The notes: generated from the letters alone by a model not told the origin. Positions 9,059 to 17,993 are shown, counted from the first letter of the stretch. The stretch is 64,000 nucleotides of DNA from a virus (IMGVR_UViG_3300042731_002921:20388-84387); one strand, 5' to 3'. Translations and numbers: made by a program.

Positions 9059-9889
9059 ATGGCACATGCAATGTCAAAAGTTGAAGGTTATGTAAGTAGG
9101 AAAGATTTATTTTATGTAAATCCAAGATCAATTGTTGTTGTTGACGGTTTCAATCCAAGGACTGATTTTAGTGGCGAAGAAGAGCTTATTCAATCAATTA
9201 TCAACGTTGGAGTTCTTGAAGCGTTAGAAGTTAGAAAAAATAAAGAAAACATCCTTGAACTGGTAGACGGAGAAAGAAGACTACGCGCAACACTCAAAGC
9301 AATAGAGCAAGGGAATGATATAGTTTCTGTTCCTTGCTATCTTGTAAAGCAGAATACAAATGAGATTGACCTATTAGTAAGGGCATTGACAAGAAACACT
9401 GGTAAACCCTTAACACCTGTTGAGGAGGCAAATTCCTTTCAGAAGCTTATTAATTGGGGTTGGAATGTTGAGAAAGTAGCAAGTTTCATTGGTAGATCAA
9501 TCCCTTATGTTTACAAGCGTCTGGAACTTTGTGCTGCAAGTCCAGAACTTGAGAAAGCAATCAACCAAAAAGAGATTACTCTTAATGAAGCTCGCAAGGT
9601 AATCAACAACTCAGACGGTAAAATTGAAGTCCAGGAAGAACAGATCAAAGAGATTAAGCAGCAAAAAGAAGAAAAAGCATTTGAAAAAGAAGCAATAAAA
9701 GAAAAAGTTTACTGTGAAAGAGTCTTGGATTATATAAAATATAAAAAGGATCTTTCTACGCTTCATAGGAAGTTGCAGGCAGCATTCAAAATCAAAGGGG
9801 AATCTATGGATTACGCCACTATTTCGGATGAATGCATGAATATGATCAGTCTTTTAGAAGAAATTGCAAATTATCAGGATGGGGTATAA
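9059..9889 (+). CDS. ParB/Spo0J-family protein
   Basis: FNPR, ELIQSIINVGVLEAL, LVDGERRLRA (GxxRxxA); HTH WNVEKVASFIGRSIPYVYKRLEL. Confidence 0.85.
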   Translation: MAHAMSKVEGYVSRKDLFYVNPRSIVVVDGFNPRTDFSGEEELIQSIINVGVLEALEVRKNKENILELVDGERRLRATLKAIEQGNDIVSVPCYLVKQNTNEIDLLVRALTRNTGKPLTPVEEANSFQKLINWGWNVEKVASFIGRSIPYVYKRLELCAASPELEKAINQKEITLNEARKVINNSDGKIEVQEEQIKEIKQQKEEKAFEKEAIKEKVYCERVLDYIKYKKDLSTLHRKLQAAFKIKGESMDYATISDECMNMISLLEEIANYQDGV

Positions 9890-10318
9890 ATGAAAGTATA
9901 TCAAAGGATAGCACAGCTTATTGAGACTATTAAGGACTGTGAAAAAAATGGAAATAAAAAGTGGTATGAGAGTAATAGTAGAGATTTAAGAGATCTTGAG
10001 AATGAGTATTTACCACATGGTAATGGTTTTGATAAAAATATAAATGTACACTCAGGAAATTCTAAAAAGTTTATTATTCGTTTTGACTGGCATTGTAAAG
10101 CAGATTTGAAAGTCATAAATGGGAAGATTGCATATAATGGGTGGCTAACGATAGATTGTGAAGTCTCGGCGGATTTAATAAGTGGTTTTAATATTAAACT
10201 ATCATATTTCAAGAATGAGTTGCAAAATGATAAAGCCAAAGTCCAAAAGTATAAGCCGTTGATTAATGATTTTCTTTACAACGAATTTAACCATGTTTTA
10301 AATCAGGATGTTGAATAA
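9890..10318 (+). CDS. conserved phage hypothetical protein
   Basis: LPHGNGFD...WHC...YNGW...SADLISGF motif pattern. Confidence 0.7.
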   Translation: MKVYQRIAQLIETIKDCEKNGNKKWYESNSRDLRDLENEYLPHGNGFDKNINVHSGNSKKFIIRFDWHCKADLKVINGKIAYNGWLTIDCEVSADLISGFNIKLSYFKNELQNDKAKVQKYKPLINDFLYNEFNHVLNQDVE

Positions 10319-10470
10319 TGAAAAATAGAATAAATAGTTCTTATAAAGTGGTTATGGTAGCGGGTATACTTTCTAAAATTTTTCAATCATCCGTATTTTT
10401 AATAACTTGTACGGTGTTTTGGTACGCAGTATGTAGATGGTTTTTAATCTGAAAAATCTTAAAAATTCAC

Positions 10471-10499
10471 TTGACATCGTAGAATATAAAATATATAAA
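10471..10499 (+). promoter_or_regulatory. strong sigma70 early promoter
   Basis: TTGACA-N17-TATAAA. Confidence 0.8.
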
Positions 10500-10535
10500 T
10501 AAAGAAACTTAACCGAAAACACAGGAGAAAACAGA

Positions 10536-10895
10536 ATGGAAAACTTAATCAACAAAATTAAAGATGAAGTAAAAGCAGCACTAATTGAATACATTGAAGA
10601 TAACTGCGACGCGATTGACCAAGAAAAGTTAACTGATGATATGATTAATGAAACATCTTTTAATAATGATCTACCATCCTGGTATGAATCCCCCGCTGAA
10701 ATGATGAAGGAAAACGACAATACTATGTATCGTGAAACAATGAACAACTATATTGACGGCTTATTACGAGATAATCAATACATCTTGATTAACGATGAAT
10801 TATACAATTCTCATGATGTTGAGAACGCTCAGTTTGATTTTTATTCCGAATTATCGGATGAACTTGAATGCTTTATTAATGATATAGAATTTTAA
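10536..10895 (+). CDS. very acidic small protein, possible DNA mimic
   Basis: 31 D/E versus 7 K/R in 119 aa; first gene after a strong promoter. Confidence 0.75.
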   Translation: MENLINKIKDEVKAALIEYIEDNCDAIDQEKLTDDMINETSFNNDLPSWYESPAEMMKENDNTMYRETMNNYIDGLLRDNQYILINDELYNSHDVENAQFDFYSELSDELECFINDIEF

Positions 10896-10901
10896 GGATG
10901 G

Positions 10902-11168
10902 TTGGAAATGCAAGATAAATTGGACGTTATAAAAATGGTGTCAAAATATAGCAGGTTTTTTGGGATAACATTTATAAAAAGTGATGGATCTCTAAGAAAA
11001 ATGAATTGTAAACTCGGCGTAACGAAATATCTCAAAGGTGGTAAAAACACAGTGGCACATAAACCAGAGTTATTGACGGTTTATAGCAGGAACGATAAAA
11101 ACTACAGAAATGTAAATATTTTAACAACTATAGAGATTAGAGGTTGTAAACAAACATTTAAATTTTAG
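10902..11168 (+). CDS. WYL_2 / Sm-like SH3 beta-barrel protein
   Basis: FFGITFIKSDGSLRKMNCKLGV...YRNVN motif. Confidence 0.65.
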   Translation: MEMQDKLDVIKMVSKYSRFFGITFIKSDGSLRKMNCKLGVTKYLKGGKNTVAHKPELLTVYSRNDKNYRNVNILTTIEIRGCKQTFKF

Positions 11169-11283
11169 AGGTCAAATATGAAATTCTATACAGTAAGAGA
11201 AGACATAAGAACCAAGAGAGCAAAGAAAACCCCAAAAACTTCGGTTGAGCTTTGGACAAAACGTAAAAAATCTTAAAATTTAC

Positions 11284-11339
11284 TTGACAATAAATAACGG
11301 GTCTGGTACTCATAATATCAGTTGGTAAGTACCGGACCC
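11284..11339 (+). promoter_or_regulatory. putative promoter overlapped by a 12-bp inverted repeat
   Basis: TTGACA 11284; arms GGGTCTGGTACT 11299-11310 / AGTACCGGACCC 11328-11339. The -10 (TACTCA at N17) is weak. Confidence 0.55.
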
Positions 11340-11379
11340 AAAGAACAACTTAAAATATTTAAACAAAGGACTAAACAAA

Positions 11380-11886
11380 ATGGAAGACTATATCAAACAA
11401 GCTAACGATTTTCTGGAAAAGACAAAAACCGGACTTAAAATTTCCATTGTTCATACTGGTAATTTTTTTGGGGAAAATGATATAAGGGATATCTATAGTT
11501 GTACTTTGACAAGGGGGTTAAAATCATACACTTTTAACTTTGGCCAAAGTATGGCTTACTCTATTCATTACCAGGATAAATGCACAAAAGAGATTTATAT
11601 GTGCGATGGTACAAGGGTTGATCATAAGAAAAAGCGTACACGTAATTTTTTAATATCTTGTTGTTATGAATTAAGGGACAGAAGAAAAGCACCCACAAGT
11701 TATGATATCCTTTCTTGCCTTGAAAAATATGATCCTGAATCTTTTAATGATTTCTGTGATAATTACGGGTATGATAATGATAGTATCTCAGCACATAAGA
11801 TTTATGAATCAGTAAAGGATCAATATCAAAATCTTTGTGTATTGTTTAATGATGAAGAAATGGATATGCTTGCTGAGATTCAATAA
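11380..11886 (+). CDS. conserved phage hypothetical protein
   Basis: FNFGQS...PTSYDILSCLEKYDP.SF.DFC..YGYD.DS motif. Confidence 0.75.
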   Translation: MEDYIKQANDFLEKTKTGLKISIVHTGNFFGENDIRDIYSCTLTRGLKSYTFNFGQSMAYSIHYQDKCTKEIYMCDGTRVDHKKKRTRNFLISCCYELRDRRKAPTSYDILSCLEKYDPESFNDFCDNYGYDNDSISAHKIYESVKDQYQNLCVLFNDEEMDMLAEIQ

Positions 11887-11895
11887 GGAGTTAAC

Positions 11896-12072
11896 ATGAA
11901 AAAAGAAATAAGAAAAGTTATCAAAGAAGCAGAACAATCCGGTTGGTATTTAGTAAGAAACAAGAAACATAATGTTTATAAACATGTAAGTAAACCAGGA
12001 ACAGTAATAGTATCAAAATCAACAGTCAATATTAATTCAGCTAAAAGAATTCGTAATAACTTTGGCTTATAA
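11896..12072 (+). CDS. HicA-like (dsRBD-fold) small protein
   Basis: 58 aa MKKEIRKVIKEAEQSGWYLVRNKKHNVYKHVSKPGTVIVSKS; AAGGAG RBS. Confidence 0.6.
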   Translation: MKKEIRKVIKEAEQSGWYLVRNKKHNVYKHVSKPGTVIVSKSTVNINSAKRIRNNFGL

Positions 12073-12084
12073 GGAGATTATAAA

Positions 12085-12450
12085 ATGAAAGAGAAATCAA
12101 ATAAACAAAAATGTATTGAGCAATGGAGATGGTTACGAGATAACCCAGGAAAGAGTAAAATGGAATATTTTAAGGAGGTTTTAGGTTATGACAGCAAGCA
12201 ACTAAAAGAATGTGAAGAATTTTGGTTTTGTTTTGCTTGTAAAGAAGTCGCAGACACTTATCAAAACGATTTTGGTTGTGAGTATTGTCCTGTGACTTGG
12301 AAAAAAGATCAGAGCTGCATAGCCCCTTGCGCTGACTTTGATGCACCTTTTAGAAAATGGAGGGATGCGAAGTTAACTGGAAATGAAGGAAAATTACCAA
12401 GCTATGCAAATCAGATAGTTGTATTGATAGAGAATACATGGAAAGAGTAA
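12085..12450 (+). CDS. Cys-rich hypothetical protein
   Basis: CFACK...CEYCP...C motifs. Confidence 0.7.
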   Translation: MKEKSNKQKCIEQWRWLRDNPGKSKMEYFKEVLGYDSKQLKECEEFWFCFACKEVADTYQNDFGCEYCPVTWKKDQSCIAPCADFDAPFRKWRDAKLTGNEGKLPSYANQIVVLIENTWKE

Positions 12451-12629
12451 TTAAAATACTGATTGTCTCTACTCTTGTGTTATTAAATAGATATGATTAT
12501 GTATATAATACAGGAGTTGAGCAATACAATGAATATAGACAGGGAATCTATATAAAAGATTTGACAAAGATTCCTTCTGATGGTATTGGTTATGTGAATT
12601 ATGGAATTAAAGCAAAGGAGACTTTATGA
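12438..12629 (+). CDS. hypothetical protein
   Basis: ORF track. Confidence 0.45.
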   Translation: MERVIKILIVSTLVLLNRYDYVYNTGVEQYNEYRQGIYIKDLTKIPSDGIGYVNYGIKAKETL

Positions 12630-13069
12630 TTATAGAACATGAGAATGAGAAATACGAAGTACAGGAGATTACACTACAGGATTTGATTTTAGGTATGTTT
12701 GAGAGAAGAGGTTTGATAAAGCTTATTGATACAGCATCTAAGTATTTAATAGAAGATCTTTCTAAAAAAGGTTGTTCAATTATTCCGATAGTTGATTCTG
12801 ATCTTATAAGGTGTTTCAAATTTTCTCCTGAATGGTTTCTTAATAAGGGCTATGCTGTTAAGAAACAAACAAAGCTTGAAGCCGGTATGATTCTTGAAGC
12901 AATTGACGAAAAGAAGACAAAACAATTGTTTGTATCAAAAACAGGAAGAATTGTACTTGGTTGTGGGTGGGTGTATAGTGGAGCATATGATAATAAAACA
13001 ATAGATGACCTGAAGACGCTTGAGGATTTAAACAAGTATTCAATTTTTGAATGGGGAGTAAAGGAGTAA
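12626..13069 (+). CDS. hypothetical protein
   Basis: AAGGAG RBS. Confidence 0.65.
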   Translation: MIIEHENEKYEVQEITLQDLILGMFERRGLIKLIDTASKYLIEDLSKKGCSIIPIVDSDLIRCFKFSPEWFLNKGYAVKKQTKLEAGMILEAIDEKKTKQLFVSKTGRIVLGCGWVYSGAYDNKTIDDLKTLEDLNKYSIFEWGVKE

Positions 13070-13071
13070 AA

Positions 13072-13743
13072 ATGAAAACAGAACAGATCATAAAAGAATT
13101 GAAGGATAAAGGTTTTACATTTCTTTTTAAAGAAGAATTTGACAGACCAAAGCACCAAGACTCTTCACCAAAAGATGATTTTTATGTTTTCTTTAATTAT
13201 GATAAAGGCATCTTGGCTTGTTTCGATACCTTTTGGAATAAAGAGGATTTAAACGGAGGTAGTTTATTTTATAATCACACAAGCTTAGTTGAGAAAGGAT
13301 GTTATAGAGGATATTCTTCTGGTAAATACTATTTTTTAGATAGGGATGATGATTACCCAAGCATGTACAAAGACGATAAATTATGTTCATGCCATGATGT
13401 TTTCAAAGAAAAAAGAATTAACTGGTTTGATTCAGGGATAGAGTGGGAAGAATACAGAGAACTATCAAAGGACTACACAAAAAGATACATGGATTTCATG
13501 AAAGGGAAAGGGTATTCTTATGTGTGGTCAGGGTACGAAGATATAAGAAGCGGTATTTATTTTCATGACGGTGAGTATTTAAAACAGTGGGTTGATAGTG
13601 ATCTTATTAGAACAGTACAGATTTATTTTCATTATCATGACTCAGAATTCGGATGGGAGGATAAAGAAGGAGAAGGATATAAAAGATTATGTAAGTTGCC
13701 AGAGAATGTTAAACAAAGGATTTTATTTAAGGAAGAATTATGA
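13072..13743 (+). CDS. hypothetical protein
   Basis: AAGGAG RBS before ATG 13072. Confidence 0.7.
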   Translation: MKTEQIIKELKDKGFTFLFKEEFDRPKHQDSSPKDDFYVFFNYDKGILACFDTFWNKEDLNGGSLFYNHTSLVEKGCYRGYSSGKYYFLDRDDDYPSMYKDDKLCSCHDVFKEKRINWFDSGIEWEEYRELSKDYTKRYMDFMKGKGYSYVWSGYEDIRSGIYFHDGEYLKQWVDSDLIRTVQIYFHYHDSEFGWEDKEGEGYKRLCKLPENVKQRILFKEEL

Positions 13744-13851
13744 AATTAGGTGAATATGTAGGGGAGAAGATTGATTGTATTTTGGACAGGTATAATATCA
13801 ATACCACTGGCAGCTTTAAAATATTTAATTTTCGGTTAAGGAGAAGAGAAC

Positions 13852-14058
13852 ATGGCAAGGATTATCGTTGAAACACCATTAGGAAAGTACATAAGTCTTG
13901 AAGTTGATAATAAAGATATAAAGGCTGTTTATGATAGTATAAAAGATAATGATTTCAAGCTTAACTTTTTAAGTATTAACACAGAACAAGGGGTAATATG
14001 TCTTCCCGAAAGTATCTTCCAGAATAGTGTTTTTGTCTTTGAATATGACGAAGAATAG
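13852..14058 (+). CDS. hypothetical protein
   Basis: ORF track. Confidence 0.6.
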   Translation: MARIIVETPLGKYISLEVDNKDIKAVYDSIKDNDFKLNFLSINTEQGVICLPESIFQNSVFVFEYDEE

Positions 14059-14079
14059 TTAATGGTCTTTATAGAATAT

Positions 14080-14110
14080 AAAGGGTAGTTTTTAAGCTAC
14101 CCTTTTATTT
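14080..14110. terminator. bidirectional intrinsic terminator
   Basis: AAAGGGTAG...CTACCCTTT plus T tract, between convergent genes. Confidence 0.8.
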
Positions 14111-14112
14111 TA

Positions 14113-14511
14113 TTATAACATACTATTTCTTTTACTTGCTTTGGGGTTATACTGCGAATTTATTCTTTTCCAATATTCATGGTCAGATAGATCATGTAAG
14201 TTTTGTTTATTCTTGTGTTTTTTCTTTTGTTTCCCGTGGTACTTCTTTTTAATCTTTCTTGCTACATTCCACAAGTTTGTTTTGTTTTCTTTTAAGTATT
14301 CATGTACTTGTGAATGACACTTATCACATAGATAAATTAAATCAGTTAATCTTTCTTTACCGAGTCTTTTATATGTTTTGTGGTGAAGTTGCAAATTTCT
14401 TGTTGTTTGGCAGCAGTAGCACTTATTCGGTAATTTACCTTTCCAGTATCTTTCTTTTACTTTTTCCCAATGACTCGAGTTCAAATATCTTTTGTACTCT
14501 TGTTTATTCAT
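14113..14511 (-). CDS. small HNH endonuclease with basic C-terminal tail
   Basis: YLNSSHW...CYCC...LQLHHKTYKRLGKE...LIYLCDKCHSQVH; AGGAGA RBS. Confidence 0.9.
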   Translation of the reverse strand: MNKQEYKRYLNSSHWEKVKERYWKGKLPNKCYCCQTTRNLQLHHKTYKRLGKERLTDLIYLCDKCHSQVHEYLKENKTNLWNVARKIKKKYHGKQKKKHKNKQNLHDLSDHEYWKRINSQYNPKASKRNSML

Positions 14512-14519
14512 GTTTCTCC

Positions 14520-15044
14520 TATAATAAATCAGTTAGCTTACAAATGGTGGATTTTAGGATATAGCTATCCCTCCCCTGTTCTTTAAATAATAAAGAACAA
14601 AGAAGGGAGTTAGCTTACAAACGGAGCCACTTTGAGGCACTTTAAGTTGTGAACTAAAAACTTTTGTATACGCACCGAGTCTGTATCTTATACACGCATG
14701 ATTAGATTTATAATCATTTTGGATTGAGTTTTAAAGATATAACCAAATAACAAAAATTCCCTCTGCATAAGCAACAGGACAGGAGCTGGGTATACCAGAA
14801 TTCCGGTATGTGTTAAGTCTTTATTTCAGGTATGATTGCTTCCCTACTTCACCTTAACTCGCCATTCACTTATTTGTATAAGCTGCTCACCTTTTAGGAA
14901 ATAAAGGGCATTTTGTAAAGAGTTACGCTAAATCACCAATAATGTACATTGTAAACTCAAGCACTTCTCTTTATGGCAAACCTTAGTTTAGTTTGTATTT
15001 TGTATCAGGATTACATTAAACCCTAATTATTCATAAAAGAATAA
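14520..15044 (-). ncRNA. candidate large structured RNA (~525 nt) upstream of the HNH gene
   Basis: No credible ORF; own promoter; many hairpins whose G-U pairs work only on the - strand, including an 18-bp contiguous stem. Confidence 0.65.
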
Positions 15045-15050
15045 CTGGAT

Positions 15051-15080
15051 ATAATATAATACATAAGAATGATTTGTCAA
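15051..15080 (-). promoter_or_regulatory. sigma70 promoter for the ncRNA-HNH unit
   Basis: TTGACA(15080-15075)-N18-TATTAT(15056-15051). Confidence 0.65.
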
Positions 15081-15157
15081 GGCCTGAAGTGAAAATAATT
15101 TGTAAATAATTGTAATTAAAGAAAATAAAAATTAAAAATTTCTTTTTAAGAAAACTG

Positions 15158-15185
15158 TTGCAATTAAAAAACCTTGTGGTAAGTT
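15158..15185 (+). promoter_or_regulatory. divergent sigma70 promoter
   Basis: TTGCAA-N16 with extended TGn-TAAGTT. Confidence 0.5.
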
Positions 15186-15312
15186 AGTTTAACTTGGTAC
15201 TGTTTTTTTTTTTTAGTTTTTAGGTTGAAAAATAGAGATCATGAATATATAGGATTTGTGGAAATAACCGAGAATACTATTAAGATGGAAAAATAATTTA
15301 ATAGGAGGAAAA

Positions 15313-15773
15313 ATGAATTTTTCAGTAACTAAGAATGGTGTTGAGTTATCAAGTGAACTCTATAATTGGGACGAAAAGACTAAGACTTTTTCAACTAATG
15401 AAAATGATTTAGTTTTGGATTTTAGCGGTATTAATGGTCTAACTTTTAAAACTGGTTCTTATTGTACTTTTAAGACTGGTCCTGGTTGTACTTTTAAAAC
15501 TTATTCTTATTGTACTTTTGATGCTGGTTCTGATTGTACTTTTAAAACTGGTTCTGATTGTACTTTTGATACTGGTTCTAATTGCGTTGTAATAAGGAGA
15601 GATATCTTTGAGGTAATAAAATTAAATAAAGGTAAGCAGATTAAATTAAATGGTTCCAAAATCTCTGGCTTTGAAGAAATAGAACCTAAAAAAAAACTAT
15701 TACTATTGACGGGAAAGAAATTGAAATTTCAATAGAAAGTTATGAAGAATTAAGAAGCCAATTATGTAAATAG
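15313..15773 (+). CDS. CTFKTGSx repeat (beta-helix-like) protein with a frameshift in an A9 tract
   Basis: About six 8-aa repeats. The alternative frame after A9 (15688-15696) gives KTITIDGKEIEISIESYEELRSQLCK*; the unshifted frame stops at 15735. Confidence 0.7.
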
Positions 15774-15796
15774 TTTAATCCGATAGTTTATTATTT

Positions 15797-15830
15797 AATC
15801 CCTTGTTAGAGATAGCAAGGGATTTTTTAT
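15797..15830 (+). terminator. intrinsic terminator
   Basis: AATCCCTTG-tta-GAGA-tag-CAAGGGATT followed by a T tract. Confidence 0.85.
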
Positions 15831-16380
15831 TTGGTATTGTATTAAGCGATGATTTAGGGGGTATTTATTGAGGTTTACTGATTATGAATACTAATAGGTT
15901 AGGTTGTATAGAATGGCTTTAAAATAGACGATTTTGGTTGATTTAATGGATAGTGTTACATTGTGGTGAGTTAGTACTTATTTCTATTTATTATTTAAGT
16001 TTTCATGTGATATTCTTTTGGAATGTATTGTGTGTTTGGTGGCTGAGAATACTGTTAAATATGCTTTCTTATGCTTGTGGGGATTATGTGTGGTATGTTT
16101 ATTGGGTTAGACTTATCAACTTGTTAAGTTGTCTTTACAACTTACATACCTGGAGGTATGTATAATACATAAACCTTTTATTTTCTTTCTTATTTTCTGT
16201 GGAGAATATACGCAGGGTCTTATTTTGTTTCTTATTTTCTGATACAATTAAGCTTATTTGGTAATAAATTAATAAGTAATAATTAATCAAAAATACATAA
16301 ATAAATGCTTATTAATAAAAATTAATTGATTAAATGCTTATTAATTTAAAATAGATTAACGGTTATTAAGTTAACAAATA

Positions 16381-16490
16381 CTAATATAAGCATTCACTAA
16401 ACTAACAATCACTAACTTAGCAGTCGCTAATATAAGTGTTCACTAAACTAACGATCGTTAATTAATGGCCACTAACTTAACAATCACTAA
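16381..16490 (+). repeat. degenerate CACTAA(A)CTAAC / CTAATATAAG repeats
   Basis: CTAATATAAGcaTTCACTAAACTAACaATC recurs ~46 bp later as CTAATATAAGtgTTCACTAAACTAACgATC; further CACTAAC copies. Confidence 0.75.
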
Positions 16491-16498
16491 TCAAAATA

Positions 16499-16913
16499 CA
16501 AGCGATAACCATGTCAAAGAGCAACAAGCAATAATCATACCAATAATATCAGACGTTGATATTACATATCAAATCTTATTCTGATAATCATCACATTATA
16601 CTAAAAAATTAAATAGAAGTCAAATAGATTATATCAATAGATTTAGCAGGAAATATTAATAGATCACTCACAAATACCAAGCAAATAACGTGCCAACCCT
16701 AATAATCCTTCAAATCTTTGATTCTATGGACATTTACCAAGTAGGCTTATACTAATACTCAAAAGTTTTAAAACAAGAGATTTGGGCATGTTCTGAGAGT
16801 CAATATTTATTAGAAAACTCTTGACTTTTAATTTGGCATGATACTTGCTAAAGATAATACTTAATAGGATTATATTGAATATAAGCAAGATCCATGCCGG
16901 TATATTTCTTGCA
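16499..16913. promoter_or_regulatory. cluster of sigma54-type -24/-12 boxes
   Basis: - strand: 16526-16543, 16679-16696, 16883-16900. + strand: 16833-16849, 16897-16913. GA-variant at 16499-16518 (-). Confidence 0.7.
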
Positions 16914-16943
16914 ATTCCTTATTATATACAGGATAAAAGTTGA

Positions 16944-17039
16944 ATTAATAATTTTTAAAATAATTCATAAAATCGTTTGATATTGATAATTATATGGCGT
17001 ATAAAGAATTATAACTTAAACAAAAGGAGATGCAACATG
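16944..17039 (+). repeat. 96-bp promoter+RBS+ATG cassette, copy 1
   Basis: Two mismatches to 17994-18089; TTGATA-N17-TATAAA, AAGGAG, ATG 17037. Confidence 0.95.
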
Positions 17040-17222
17040 GGAACTGATACAACAAGTGAATACGAGTATCATTGTGAAGTCCAGAATGAAGTACTGAAAC
17101 GCAAGATTAGGGATCATGAAATCGCTTTAGCAATTCTTCCAATCGGATCTTATGAATATAATAGGATTAAAGATTTGATTTTTGGTTGGACAATGAGATT
17201 ACAAGATAATGATAAATCATAA
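17037..17222 (+). CDS. hypothetical protein
   Basis: True start at the cassette ATG (MGTDTTSEY). Confidence 0.7.
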   Translation: MGTDTTSEYEYHCEVQNEVLKRKIRDHEIALAILPIGSYEYNRIKDLIFGWTMRLQDNDKS

Positions 17223-17262
17223 GTAGTGAAAAACTCACATATAAAAACAAAGGAGAAACAGC

Positions 17263-17952
17263 ATGGAACAACACATAGTTAATTTTTCAGGTGGTAAAGA
17301 TTCAACTGCAATGCTTTTGAAAATGATCGAAAAAGGTATGAGAATTGATAGGGTTATTTGTGTTGATACAACCAAAGAATTTCCTGAAATGTATAACCAC
17401 ATCAAGGAAGTTCAAAAACTTTGCCCTGTTGAAATAGAAATTATTAAAATTGATTTTGATTATTGGTTATCTGAGCATGTGAAAACCAAAGGTAAAAATA
17501 AAGGGAAGAAAGGTTATGGTTGGCCTGATTTTAGAAATAGGTGGTGTACTGCTTTAAAAAGAGATACCGTTAAACGTATTGAGAAAACACTACCTGGCAA
17601 TACAATTCAGTATCACGGTATTGCATTTGATGAGCCAAAAAGACTTGAAAAAAACAAAGGAAGAATAATCAAATATCCTTTAGTTAATTGGAAGATGACT
17701 GAAAAAGATTGCCTTGAATATTGTTATTCTAAGGGTTTACGGTGGGGCGGAGTATATGAAAAGTTTGACAGGGTCTCATGTTATTGTTGCCCATTATCAA
17801 GGATAGGTGAACTCAGAACATTATATAATGAATATCCTGAATTGTGGGATAAAATGAAGGAAATGGATGAAAAATCCTATCGTAAGTTTAGGAGTAATTA
17901 TACCATTGATGAACTCGAGATTAAGTTTGAACAAGAAAACATATTAATATAG
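17263..17952 (+). CDS. PAPS-reductase-family (PP-loop, Fe-S) protein
   Basis: FSGGKDSTAM, DTTKEFP, RWCTALK, YPL, RVSCYCCP. Confidence 0.9.
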   Translation: MEQHIVNFSGGKDSTAMLLKMIEKGMRIDRVICVDTTKEFPEMYNHIKEVQKLCPVEIEIIKIDFDYWLSEHVKTKGKNKGKKGYGWPDFRNRWCTALKRDTVKRIEKTLPGNTIQYHGIAFDEPKRLEKNKGRIIKYPLVNWKMTEKDCLEYCYSKGLRWGGVYEKFDRVSCYCCPLSRIGELRTLYNEYPELWDKMKEMDEKSYRKFRSNYTIDELEIKFEQENILI

Positions 17953-17993
17953 AATAACTTATACCGGATTGCCGTTCTTTTTTAATATCTAAG

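Noticed and set aside
14520-15044. Group I intron or IscB/HEARO assignment of the structured RNA
   Set aside because: AAGAUACAGAC only loosely resembles the S element and has no convincing P7 partner or flanking exons. The HNH lacks RuvC and PLMP parts.
8490-16165. ORFs 8490-8678, 10373-10747, 14259-14564 and 15953-16165
   Set aside because: Low-complexity F/L/Y-rich translations of repeats, promoter DNA or antisense sequence
9059-17952. IbrA/IbrB-type pairing of ParB and the PAPS-reductase-like gene
   Set aside because: The genes are 8 kb apart in separate operons, the reductase lacks a C-terminal extension, and the ParB has a classical HTH
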